From Nitrospiraceae bacterium (GTDB taxonomy: Bacteria; Nitrospirota; Nitrospiria; Nitrospirales; Nitrospiraceae), in assembly GCA_040255165.1 (NCBI GenBank), contig JBDZUK010000001.1, positions 101,520 through 165,519 of the forward strand: a DNA stretch of 64,000 bases. Direction: 5' to 3'. Positions 51,165-59,733 of the stretch are shown here, piece after piece. The translations under genes and the position numbers were made by a program. Below the pieces are notes generated by a model that made no database searches, was not told where the DNA came from, and saw only the letters and a program-made list of their open reading frames with translations. Position 1 is the first letter of the stretch. The number at the start of each line of letters is the position of its first letter.

Positions 51165-52180
51165 TTCTTCGTCGCTCCTTCGCCGCCCGGTTTCGGCGGA
51201 GGCGGCACGAAGCCGTAGTCCGAAAGCGTGCGCTTTTCGCCCTTGGGCTTCCCCTGCGTCGGCGCTTCTAGGCCGTTCATCTCGGCGGCGTGGGCGTAAT
51301 GATACGGAACAAGAATCAGATTGTTGGCGCGATCAATCCCGATATCTGCCGGCGCCGGCAGGTATTCCGCGATGACTTGAAACTTGTGATCGCGGGTCAT
51401 GCGCCAAATCTTGCCTTTGGTCAGGTCGGAGACGTACATGTTGCCCCACCGGTCGAAATCCACCCCGCTCAGATTTTGGAACCGTGCCGAGAAAAATCCG
51501 TTCGAGACCAACTCGGTCAGCACGCCGTCCGGCGTGATTTCGAGTATGGCGCCTTTGTTCCAACTGACGGCGATGACATGGCCCGTTTTCGGGTGGACGG
51601 CGATGCCGGAGGGGCCGGCCAGGCGGTCATCATGGGTTAAGGTTGTGACCGCGTGCTGTTGGGCGGCATCGACGCGATAAATCGTGTTGGCGGCGGCGTC
51701 GGTCAGGTAGAGAAGACCGTCCCCATTGGACGCGACGTCCACCAGCGAGCAGGCTGATGGCTTCTTTCCCGCCGTTGAACCGGGGCATGAGACGGTGACG
51801 ATGAGCTTTCCGGTGGTTTTATCGAAGCCTTTCAGCTGGTCTAAGTCGACCACATACAGGGTCTGCCCGACGAGCACCATGCCTTTCGGCGCATGGAGAT
51901 CGATGCCTGCCGCGCCGCCCTCGATGAATTTACGCTGAACGACTTTCCCCTCGCCGTCCAATTTGGTGATGAAGCCGTTGTTGTCTCTCGCCTCCGGCTC
52001 ACCATTGACGTTGGAGATGAAGTATTCCCGTCCAGAGGGATCGCCCACGAAGCTTTGAGGGGATTCGAGGCCGGTCACCTGGGCGGCGTCGGCGGTGCGC
52101 TCTGTGGACCATGCGGCAAAGCCTGCCGCGAGTACGACGGCGGCCATGGTGCGCAGCAGCGATGTTGGGGTGGTCATCAA
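51161..52180 (-). CDS. exported beta-propeller protein (NHL / SMP-30-like repeats)
   Basis: It has a signal peptide (MAAVVLAAGFAAWS...ADAA) and repeated motifs of the types G.LYVVD, LLYLTD, GIAVHP and NMYVSD. The C-terminal tail is Lys/Pro/Gly-rich. Confidence 0.5.
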   Translation of the reverse strand: MMTTPTSLLRTMAAVVLAAGFAAWSTERTADAAQVTGLESPQSFVGDPSGREYFISNVNGEPEARDNNGFITKLDGEGKVVQRKFIEGGAAGIDLHAPKGMVLVGQTLYVVDLDQLKGFDKTTGKLIVTVSCPGSTAGKKPSACSLVDVASNGDGLLYLTDAAANTIYRVDAAQQHAVTTLTHDDRLAGPSGIAVHPKTGHVIAVSWNKGAILEITPDGVLTELVSNGFFSARFQNLSGVDFDRWGNMYVSDLTKGKIWRMTRDHKFQVIAEYLPAPADIGIDRANNLILVPYHYAHAAEMNGLEAPTQGKPKGEKRTLSDYGFVPPPPKPGGEGATKK

Positions 52181-52301
52181 GGAAATGGACTGCCGTTCAT
52201 GTCAAGGGGACGAAGCATCGTATCTAACGGCTGAAGAGGCTGTCAAGGAAACGAAAGCCGGACGCTGGAAACGACACATGACCCGAGGCGGTCAAGCGGC
52301 G

Positions 52302-52331
52302 TTGACTTGCTTAAAAATGGCCTGCTATGGT
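52302..52331 (+). promoter_or_regulatory. sigma70-like promoter upstream of folD
   Basis: TTGACT (52302-52307), an 18-nt spacer, then TATGGT (52326-52331). Confidence 0.3.
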
Positions 52332-52379
52332 GCAGCGGTTTTTCGTGTCGCGGATGACCATTCTCGCAGGGAGGAGATC

Positions 52380-53237
52380 GTGGCAGCTCGAATCATAGAC
52401 GGCAAGGCGTTGGCACAACAAGTGCGCGAGCGGTTGGCGAAAGAGTCGGCCGATCTGTTCTCGAAGACCGGGGTCAAGCCGGGCTTGGCGACAATCCTCG
52501 TGGGCGACGATCCGGCGTCGCATATCTACGTGAAGAACAAACAGAAGGCCTGCGATGCGGCCGGGATCTACGTGGACGACCACAAATTGCCGTCGAGCAC
52601 GACTCAGTCGGAGTTGTTGGCGTTGATCGGGAAGAAAAACGCCGATCCGAAGATTCACGGGATCCTCGTTCAACTGCCGCTCCCGAAGCACATCGACAGC
52701 AAAGTCATTCTGGATGCAGTTTCGCCGGACAAAGACGCCGACGGCTTCCATCCCTACAACTTCGGCCGGCTGGTTGAGGGCCATCCGGTGTTCGAAGCCT
52801 GTACGCCCAAAGGGGTCATCAAGATGATCGAATCGACCGGCGTGCCCATCGAGGGCAAGCGCGCCGTCGTCCTGGGGCGAAGCAACATCGTCGGCAAACC
52901 GCTCGCCTTGATGCTGCTTCAGCGCAACGCGACCGTCACGATCTGCCATTCTAAGACGCGTGATCTGCCGGCCGTCTGCCGGGAAGCGGAGTTGCTGCTC
53001 GTGGCGATCGGCAAGGCCAGGTTCGTGACGGCCGACATGGTGAGGGACGGGGCGGTCGTCATCGACGTCGGAACCAACCGGTTGCCCGACGGCAAAGTCG
53101 TCGGCGATGTCGACTATGACGCCGTCAGTCAAAAGGCGGGGTGGATCAGCCCGGTCCCCGGTGGCGTCGGTCCCATGACGATTGCGATGCTGCTGGACAA
53201 CACGGTCGAATCCGCTAAAAGAATCGCGCGGAGGTGA
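52380..53237 (+). CDS. folD: bifunctional methylene-THF dehydrogenase / methenyl-THF cyclohydrolase
   Basis: GGGAGGAG lies before the GTG at 52380. The sequence contains IIDGKALA...VGDDPASHIYVKNK...QLPLPKHI...DADGFHP...GRSNIVGKPLALMLL...ATVTICHSKT. The upstream part of the track ORF is a spurious extension. Confidence 0.9.
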   Translation: MAARIIDGKALAQQVRERLAKESADLFSKTGVKPGLATILVGDDPASHIYVKNKQKACDAAGIYVDDHKLPSSTTQSELLALIGKKNADPKIHGILVQLPLPKHIDSKVILDAVSPDKDADGFHPYNFGRLVEGHPVFEACTPKGVIKMIESTGVPIEGKRAVVLGRSNIVGKPLALMLLQRNATVTICHSKTRDLPAVCREAELLLVAIGKARFVTADMVRDGAVVIDVGTNRLPDGKVVGDVDYDAVSQKAGWISPVPGGVGPMTIAMLLDNTVESAKRIARR

Positions 53238-53367
53238 CGACGGCGAGGAAAAGTGCGTGGCAGGATGGCAGCGGTGCGTCTCGACGCGCGCCAATCGACA
53301 GCCTGCCCTCGTATCAGTCAGAGCAGGACAATGGACGTAAAGAACGGACGGAAGCAGGAGAAACCGC

Positions 53368-54258
53368 ATGAGTCGTGAGCCGCGTCGGTTGAAAGAGGCG
53401 TTGGATCGCGGTGAGTTCGTCGTGACGGTGGAATACAATCCGCCGAAAGGCACGAATATCGCCGGCGTGCTGGACAACGCAAAGCAATTGGTCGGCCGGG
53501 TGCACGGAGTCAACGTGACGGACAACACTGCGGCCGTCGTGCGGGCCGGCTCTCTGCCTGTTTGCCGGCTGCTGTATGAGCTCGGCCACGACCCCGTGAT
53601 GCAGATGACGTGTCGCGACCGAAACCGAATCGCGATGCAATCCGACTTGATGGGCGCCCATATGCTCGGCATCCGGAACATTCTTTGTCTCACGGGAGAC
53701 TACCCGACGGTGGGCGACCACAAGGAAGCCAAGCCGGTGTATGATTTGGATTCGATCCAGGTGATGCAGTTGGTGCGAGGGTTGAACGCCGGGCGTGACA
53801 TGGCAGGAAATAAGCTGGACGGAGCGACGGCCTTTACGATCGGCGCCGCGGTCACGCCCGAGGCCGATCCGCTCGGGCCGATGCTGGCCAAGTTCGAGGT
53901 CAAAGTTAAAGCCGGCGCGGAGTTTTTCCAAACGCAGGCCATCTACCACCCGGATCAGTTCGCGTCTTTCATGAAGGCGGTGCGACCGTTTAAGGTCAAG
54001 GTCTTGGCCGGTGTCCTGGTGCTGCGGAACGTCAAAATGGCCGAGTTCATGAACGCGAATATCCCCGGCATTTCGGTGCCACAGGACATGATTGATGAGC
54101 TTCGGACGGCCGGCGACAAACGGGCCGAGGACGTCGGCGTGGACATTGCCGTTCGGACGATCAACGCCGTGCGCCCGCATTGCGACGGCGTGCATATCAT
54201 GGCGATCAAGGCCACTCATCGTCTGCCGGAAATCTTGACCAAAGCCGAACTGGGGTAG
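53368..54258 (+). CDS. metF: methylenetetrahydrofolate reductase (MetF family)
   Basis: It has a TIM-barrel MTHFR pattern: VTVEYNPPKG, VNVTDN, MTCRDRN, LTGDYP, AGAEFFQTQAIY. It is about 296 aa. Confidence 0.85.
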   Translation: MSREPRRLKEALDRGEFVVTVEYNPPKGTNIAGVLDNAKQLVGRVHGVNVTDNTAAVVRAGSLPVCRLLYELGHDPVMQMTCRDRNRIAMQSDLMGAHMLGIRNILCLTGDYPTVGDHKEAKPVYDLDSIQVMQLVRGLNAGRDMAGNKLDGATAFTIGAAVTPEADPLGPMLAKFEVKVKAGAEFFQTQAIYHPDQFASFMKAVRPFKVKVLAGVLVLRNVKMAEFMNANIPGISVPQDMIDELRTAGDKRAEDVGVDIAVRTINAVRPHCDGVHIMAIKATHRLPEILTKAELG

Positions 54259-54260
54259 CC

Positions 54261-55049
54261 ATGACGATCCCCGATTTTCAACGCCACAAGCGGGAGAAGA
54301 AAAAGTTGATTGTCGTCACCGCCTACGACGCCCTCTTTACGAGAATCGTCGAGCAAGCGGGCATCGAGACGATTCTGGTCGGCGACTCGCTCGGCGTGGT
54401 GGTGCAAGGCAAAGCCAATACTCTGTCCGTCACGATGGACGACATGCTGTACCATACCAAGATCGTGGCCGGTACGGCCCAAGCGGCCTTGGTCATCGGC
54501 GATATGCCGTTCATGTCGTATCAGGCCGGGCTCGATGAAGCGGTCCGCAATGCGGGCCGCTTCCTTCAGGTCGGAGCGGCGGCAGTCAAGTTGGAAGGTG
54601 GAGCCGCGGTGATCGACCGCGTGGACGCCATGACCCGCATCGGTATTCCGGTCATGGGGCATCTCGGCATGACGCCCCAATCCTTGCATCGGTACGGGGG
54701 GTACAAGGTGCAAGGCAAAGGAAAGGACCAGGCTCAAACCGTGGTGGATGATGCCCAAGCGTTGGAAGCAGCCGGCGCCTTTGCTCTCGTGCTTGAAGCG
54801 GTCCCGGCCGGCCTGGCGAAGCGCGTCACCGAAACAGTGAGCATTCCCACGATCGGCATCGGGGCCGGCCCGTACTGCGACGGCCAGGTGCTCGTGCTCT
54901 ATGATTTGCTCGGTCTGTTCGACGAATTTGTGCCGAAGTTCGTGAAGCCGTACGCACACCTGAAAGCCGATGCGCTGCAGGCGCTGCGCCGGTACAAAGA
55001 AGAGGTGGAGCAGGGCAAGTTTCCCTCCGATTCCGAGAGCTATCATTAG
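54261..55049 (+). CDS. panB: 3-methyl-2-oxobutanoate hydroxymethyltransferase
   Basis: It has the motifs VVTAYDA, LVGDSLGVVVQG, KLEGG and IGIGAG. Confidence 0.93.
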   Translation: MTIPDFQRHKREKKKLIVVTAYDALFTRIVEQAGIETILVGDSLGVVVQGKANTLSVTMDDMLYHTKIVAGTAQAALVIGDMPFMSYQAGLDEAVRNAGRFLQVGAAAVKLEGGAAVIDRVDAMTRIGIPVMGHLGMTPQSLHRYGGYKVQGKGKDQAQTVVDDAQALEAAGAFALVLEAVPAGLAKRVTETVSIPTIGIGAGPYCDGQVLVLYDLLGLFDEFVPKFVKPYAHLKADALQALRRYKEEVEQGKFPSDSESYH

Positions 55050-55104
55050 ACTCTCGCCCGAGGGCAGCGGTCCAAGTCAACGGTCGATTCCCCGTAGCTT
55101 CATT

Positions 55105-55731
55105 ATGGCTCGCCACGCAAAGATGTTCGCCGTCGCGCTGCTCCTCTGGTATGTCGGCCTCTCCGTCTGGGCCGGGATCGAGCCGGCCGATCGCCATTTC
55201 TGGTTGATGGCGAATGTGCTGCCGGCATTTCTCGTCGGCACCCTGGTGGCCACGCACCGCAGCCATCCCCTGTCCCATGCCTCCTATGCGCTCATTGCCT
55301 GCTACCTGACTCTGCACACGATCGGCGTCCATTACACCTACGCGGCGGTGCCGTTCGGAGCCTGGTTGGATCAATTGCTGGATCTGGGCCGGAATCATTT
55401 CGACCGCCTCGTGCATTTCAGCTTCGGCCTGCTGCTCAGCTATCCGATGCTGGAAGTGTTCAGTCGGTTCTGCGGCGTGGGCGGGTTCGTGGCCTACTAC
55501 CTTGCGTTCGTCACGCCGCTTGGCTTGAGCGGCCTCTGGGAGATCATCGAGGCCTGGGTCGCGCAACGGGTCAGCCCCGACCAAGGCCTTGTCTATCTCG
55601 GCTCCCAGGGCGACGTGTGGGATGCGCAGCACGATATCGCCGCCGCCATGTACGGCGCGATCCTCTGTTTGGCTGTTACTGCCGCCATGCGCGTGTGGCC
55701 GGGCCGTCCCGACCGCCCAGCGGTTTCATGA
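55105..55731 (+). CDS. DUF2238 (YjdF-like) inner membrane protein, copy 1
   Basis: It is polytopic, with the conserved blocks LHTIGVHYTYAAVPFGAWL...LGRNHFDRLVHFSFGLLL and EIIEAWVAQRVSP...YLGSQGDVWDAQHD. Confidence 0.7.
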   Translation: MARHAKMFAVALLLWYVGLSVWAGIEPADRHFWLMANVLPAFLVGTLVATHRSHPLSHASYALIACYLTLHTIGVHYTYAAVPFGAWLDQLLDLGRNHFDRLVHFSFGLLLSYPMLEVFSRFCGVGGFVAYYLAFVTPLGLSGLWEIIEAWVAQRVSPDQGLVYLGSQGDVWDAQHDIAAAMYGAILCLAVTAAMRVWPGRPDRPAVS

Positions 55732-56366
55732 GGGTCGAGCCGCCGGAGGATCTCCCTTCACCATCCCGACGACCGCGTCTTCTCCTCGGACTGCTTGTCT
55801 GGTACGGCGTCATTTGGATCATCGCCGCCATCGATCCGGTCGATCGAAAAGACTGGATGCTCGAAAACCTGTTGGCCGTGGCGTTGGTCACCGTTCTGAT
55901 TGCGAGCAACCGGCGTTTTCGTTTTTCATCTCTGTCGTACATTCTGATCACCGCGTTTCTCACTCTGCATGCGATCGGCGCCCATTACACCTACGCCCAG
56001 GTCCCGCTGGGATTTTGGCTTCAAGAGACGTTGAATCTCGGTCGGAATCATTTCGACCGCGTCGTGCACTTTTCTTTCGGCCTGTTGCTGGCGTTTCCCT
56101 TGCGCGAGCTCTTCGTGCGTAAGGCGGGCCTGCGGGGATTTTGGAGTGTTTATTTCCCCGCCAGCGGAGTGCTCGCCATGAGCGGCTTCTTCGAAATCGT
56201 GGAAGCCTGGGTGGCACAGGTCGTAAGCCCCGAGTTGGGCACCGCCTATTTGGGGACGCAGGGCGATGAATGGGACGCGCAGAAGGACATGACGCTGGCG
56301 TTTACAGGCGCCCTGCTCGCGATGCTCGTCAACCGGCTGCTGACGAAGAAGCCGCGGCGTCAGTAG
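55728..56366 (+). CDS. DUF2238 (YjdF-like) inner membrane protein, copy 2
   Basis: It is a paralogue of the preceding gene (LHAIGAHYTYAQVPLGFWL...LGRNHFDRVVHFSFGLLL, EIVEAWVAQVVSP...YLGTQGDEWDAQKD). It forms an ATGA overlap with copy 1. Confidence 0.7.
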   Translation: MRVEPPEDLPSPSRRPRLLLGLLVWYGVIWIIAAIDPVDRKDWMLENLLAVALVTVLIASNRRFRFSSLSYILITAFLTLHAIGAHYTYAQVPLGFWLQETLNLGRNHFDRVVHFSFGLLLAFPLRELFVRKAGLRGFWSVYFPASGVLAMSGFFEIVEAWVAQVVSPELGTAYLGTQGDEWDAQKDMTLAFTGALLAMLVNRLLTKKPRRQ

Positions 56367-56875
56367 TTCAGGCGGCCTTCATCCAGCAACCGGAGTAAAA
56401 TTGGCTCTGGTGGGTTGCAGCTAAGGAGTCGATCAACAAGTGCGGTGACGTCGATGCCCTGATACGGGCTGTTCACTCGCCGCAATCGTTCGGCCGCCGC
56501 GTTGCGGAGATTGGCCGCTGCTCGGTCGTTTCCCATGAAGCATTTGAGATTGGCCGCGGCCAGTTGAACCAGAGCCTGAAAGAATCGACCCTGTTCGGTA
56601 CTCGGGCCCGCTCCCTTCCAGAGTCCTTCGAAAACCTCGTGACTTTCCCACCAATAGGCGAAATTGTACAGATCGATTCCATACCGGTAGGCGGCCGACT
56701 CATGCCATAAATCGGGTGAGAATGGAGCAGGGGCAGGATCGAGCCGTCCATAGGAATGTCCATGGGGATCCTTCCGGGGATGCGGAGAGAGTCCGGGAAC
56801 GAACCGATAGGCGGGAAAGGGATCGCTGGAATAGCGTGGCCACGTCGGATCAACCGGCAATGGTTCGATCATCAA
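56360..56875 (-). CDS. DUF309 domain protein
   Basis: The central block YNFAYWWESHEVFEGLWK...GRFFQALVQLAAANLK is typical of DUF309. Confidence 0.6.
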   Translation of the reverse strand: MMIEPLPVDPTWPRYSSDPFPAYRFVPGLSPHPRKDPHGHSYGRLDPAPAPFSPDLWHESAAYRYGIDLYNFAYWWESHEVFEGLWKGAGPSTEQGRFFQALVQLAAANLKCFMGNDRAAANLRNAAAERLRRVNSPYQGIDVTALVDRLLSCNPPEPILLRLLDEGRLNY

Positions 56876-56883
56876 CCGCCTGC

Positions 56884-57684
56884 CTATCCACCGCAGGATA
56901 CCTGAAAGATTCGTCTATCATCGAGCCGTATGGCGGTCAGCCGTCGTCCCCAGACACAACCGCTGTCCAGGGCGACGACACCGTCTTCAATGTACAGTCC
57001 CAGCGCCGCCCAGTGGCCGAAGACGATGACCGTGTCGGTGCTCTGCCTCGTCGGGATCCGAAACCAGGGTCGATAGCCGGGCGGCAAATCTTCCGGCGAT
57101 CCTGAAAAATTACTCATCTCGCCCCGCTCCGTGCAGCTCCGTAGCCTGGTCAGGGCGCGAAGGGCGGTGCTCCACCGTCGCCATCCCGTCAAGTCGTCGC
57201 TCCAGACAGACGCCGGTTCGCCGATCACATTTTTAAGGAACGAGCCCCAACCCGGCCCTGTCAGGGCGGTTTCTATTTCACTGGCCAGCGCCGCCGCACT
57301 TGCAGCCGTCCACTGGGGCAGCAGGCCGGCATGAACCATCAGATAGCGGTCTTCTCGGTAGACGAGCGGCTGATGCCGAAGCCACGTGATCAGTTCGTCG
57401 AGATCCGGGGCCGCGAGGATTTCCCCGATCGTGTCCTTCGGCCTCAGAGTCGCAGCTCCGCAGACAACCGACAGCAAAAAGATATCGTGATTGCCGAGCA
57501 CAACCTGCGCCGAAGATCCGAGATCTTTGATAAAGCGGAGAACGTCGAGGGATCGGTGCCCGCGATTGACGAGATCGCCCACGCACCAGAGTCGGTCGAG
57601 AGCCGGATCGAACGATATGTGCTCGAGCAATTCCTGGAGGGAAACGTAGCAGCCCTGGAGATCGCCGATCGCGTACGTTGCCAT
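56884..57684 (-). CDS. apaH: bis(5'-nucleosyl)-tetraphosphatase, symmetrical (ApaH)
   Basis: It has metallophosphatase motifs: YAIGDLQGC, CVGDLVNRG, GNHD, and VHAGL. Confidence 0.88.
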   Translation of the reverse strand: MATYAIGDLQGCYVSLQELLEHISFDPALDRLWCVGDLVNRGHRSLDVLRFIKDLGSSAQVVLGNHDIFLLSVVCGAATLRPKDTIGEILAAPDLDELITWLRHQPLVYREDRYLMVHAGLLPQWTAASAAALASEIETALTGPGWGSFLKNVIGEPASVWSDDLTGWRRWSTALRALTRLRSCTERGEMSNFSGSPEDLPPGYRPWFRIPTRQSTDTVIVFGHWAALGLYIEDGVVALDSGCVWGRRLTAIRLDDRRIFQVSCGG

Positions 57685-57731
57685 ACGAAGACAATGGAAG
57701 AGGCTTTCAGCGACGTTCGGGGTACAGGAAA

Positions 57732-58139
57732 CTACGGAAACTTGGCTTCGATGACGCTGCGGAGGCCTCCGCGGGCGGCGAATTCTCCTGTGACCTTTGC
57801 CCAGACGGGACGGCAGGCGGCGACCACGTCCTGAAGAATACGGTTCACCGCATTTTCGTAGAAGATCCCAATATTCCGGTAAGCGTGGATGTACATCTTC
57901 AACGCTTTCAATTCCAGGCAGTTCTTGTCCGGCATATAGCGGACCGTGATCGTGCCGAAATCAGGCAGACCGGTTTTTGGGCAAATGGCCGTGTATTCCG
58001 GTATCTCAATCGTGATCTCATAGCCTTTGTACTGATTGGGGAACGTCTCGATCTCGGGAAGCGGCGCATCGATCCCGCTCTTGGCGTGGCGCTCATTGTA
58101 CCCCAACCGCGTCTTCGCCTTTGTGCGACCTTTTTTCAC
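57732..58139 (-). CDS. queF: NADPH-dependent 7-cyano-7-deazaguanine reductase (unimodular QueF)
   Basis: It has the catalytic Cys in AICPKTGLPDF and the QueF motif ELKALKMY. Confidence 0.9.
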   Translation of the reverse strand: MKKGRTKAKTRLGYNERHAKSGIDAPLPEIETFPNQYKGYEITIEIPEYTAICPKTGLPDFGTITVRYMPDKNCLELKALKMYIHAYRNIGIFYENAVNRILQDVVAACRPVWAKVTGEFAARGGLRSVIEAKFP

Positions 58140-58169
58140 GTGTTTCTCACCCTGGACATTTTGCAGCGA

Positions 58170-58418
58170 TCACACTTGTTTCATCCATTCAATTTGGCCG
58201 ACCTTTTCCAATTCAAAGTAAAGCGTGACCCAAGGACACTTCATTTCCGGATAGACTTCGCAGAAACCGCCTTTTCGCACGCCGCCGCAGGGACCGTGGC
58301 TCATGAACTTCGGACACTCGGCCTTGGGCGTTCCGTCCGGGATCGGAGGCCGCTTATGGACTCCACCCACGTGATCGTTCCCGTCGTCTTCGCCTGGAAT
58401 AATGACTCGCAACGGCAT
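58170..58418 (-). CDS. stand-alone MTHFR C-terminal / MetV-like Cys-motif protein (82 aa)
   Basis: CPKFMSHGPCGGVRKGGFCEVYPEMKCPW matches the CPK...GPCGG...CE...C pattern of the MTHFR_C (MetV-type) domain, as I recall it. Confidence 0.55.
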   Translation of the reverse strand: MPLRVIIPGEDDGNDHVGGVHKRPPIPDGTPKAECPKFMSHGPCGGVRKGGFCEVYPEMKCPWVTLYFELEKVGQIEWMKQV

Positions 58419-58648
58419 CCGCCTAGTCTAGACGGATTCCATCCCAATCGGCAATCGACCGCTGCGTTTTTTCGCCAGACGCCTTGACGAAACCGGCTCG
58501 GGCAGATTAGGGCGAAGGGCCTACGAGACATGGTCCCGCTAGGCCTTCTTTCTGGAAGCGTGGGTCTTATGTGAAGTTGCATTGATTATCACGAAGTTAT
58601 AGACTTTCTATGAGTCGAGGAGAAGAGGGAGTGTGGCCAACTATATAA

Positions 58649-58678
58649 TTGACAGTGTTTTTCCGGCTTTGCTAGACT
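58649..58678 (+). promoter_or_regulatory. sigma70-like promoter of the oxidoreductase operon
   Basis: TTGACA (58649-58654), an 18-nt spacer, then TAGACT (58673-58678), in a 390-nt lower-GC intergenic region. The leader would be about 130 nt. Confidence 0.5.
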
Positions 58679-58810
58679 CAACCTCCAATTTGAATGAATG
58701 AATGTCTTTTCCCATCCTCGACTCCTGCTGGTCCGATACTAACAACTGATGAGCTTTGTTGAACAATACCGCAGCGGGATTCTGCTGCAGCGATAGAGGG
58801 AGGTGCCCCG

Positions 58811-59710
58811 ATGAGCCTTGACTACGTCAAGTTTTCCAACGGATTTGAAAAATTCATGCCCAAGGAATATCGGGACATGGTGGAGCACGGACCGTTTGGT
58901 AAGAAGGTTTCTGTTTCCCAGATGGGAAGCTTCAAAGAGATTCTCGAAGAGCATCCGATGTGCGCGGGTTGCGCTATGACCCTCTTCATCCGTCTCGCCA
59001 TGGTAGCCTTCCCTAACCCTGAGGACACGATTACGGTCGGCACTGCAGGCTGCGGACGATTGGCGATTTCTCAGGCCGCGATTCCGTTCGTGTATGGAAA
59101 CTACGGCGACCAGAACGGCGTCGCGAGCGGCTTGTCTCGCGGCCTCCGCCTTCGGTTCGGTGACAAGCCGAAGGACGTGGTCGTGATGGCGGGCGACGGC
59201 GGCACGGCCGACATCGGCTTTTCCGTAACGCTGCACTCCTGGTTCCGGCGCGAACGCTTTACGACGATCATGTTGGACAACGAAGTGTACGGCAACACGG
59301 GCGGTCAGGAGAGCGGTATGACGAACCGCGGAGCCGTTCTGAAGATGGCCCCGCTGGGGAAGAAGTTCGAAAAGATGAACATGGTCGAAATGGCGAAGGT
59401 TGCAGGCTGCGCCTACGTGGCTACGGTGGTTCCCAACAATCCCCGCCGGGTGGAAAGCGTCATCAAGAAAGCCGTCTTGATCGCCCGGGAAGTCGGCCCC
59501 ACCTACATCCAGGCCTATACCTCCTGCAACATTGAATATGCGATCCCGACTGACAAAGTGATGGAAGATGCCAAAAACGTGGAGAACGATCGGTATCAGT
59601 TCTCCGAATACGTCACGGACGAGGCCAAGCAGTACTTGGCGGAGCGGTATGGGTACAAGGAGTATCTTCCGAAGCCGGCGGCTCCTACTGCGGCGATTCC
59701 CAAAGCGTGA
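58811..59710 (+). CDS. 2-oxoacid:ferredoxin oxidoreductase, beta (TPP-binding) subunit
   Basis: It has CAGCA near the N-terminus and the TPP motif GDGGTADIGF...LDNEVYGNTGGQ. It is about 31-33 kDa, like ForB/PorB of the five-subunit enzymes. Confidence 0.88.
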   Translation: MSLDYVKFSNGFEKFMPKEYRDMVEHGPFGKKVSVSQMGSFKEILEEHPMCAGCAMTLFIRLAMVAFPNPEDTITVGTAGCGRLAISQAAIPFVYGNYGDQNGVASGLSRGLRLRFGDKPKDVVVMAGDGGTADIGFSVTLHSWFRRERFTTIMLDNEVYGNTGGQESGMTNRGAVLKMAPLGKKFEKMNMVEMAKVAGCAYVATVVPNNPRRVESVIKKAVLIAREVGPTYIQAYTSCNIEYAIPTDKVMEDAKNVENDRYQFSEYVTDEAKQYLAERYGYKEYLPKPAAPTAAIPKA

Positions 59711-59733
59711 TTCGAGTGAGGGAGGACTGAACC

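Noticed and set aside
52095-52379. A long N-terminal extension of folD. Similar upstream extensions in the ORF track affect ftsI, murE, murC, murB, proC, prs, rplY, plsX, panB, the PPIase and the isochorismatase-family gene.
   Set aside because: The conserved N-termini and Shine-Dalgarno sequences point to internal starts. The extensions overlap upstream genes or promoters and have a non-protein-like composition.
58612-58724. A 10-bp inverted repeat, GAGTCGAGGA / TCCTCGACTC, flanking the oxidoreductase promoter, and a (GAAT)3 microrepeat at 58692-58703.
   Set aside because: About 9 inverted 10-mers within 150 bp are expected by chance in this window. One arm lies upstream of the promoter, so no RNA structure is possible. 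The triplicated tetramer is too short to call a functional repeat.
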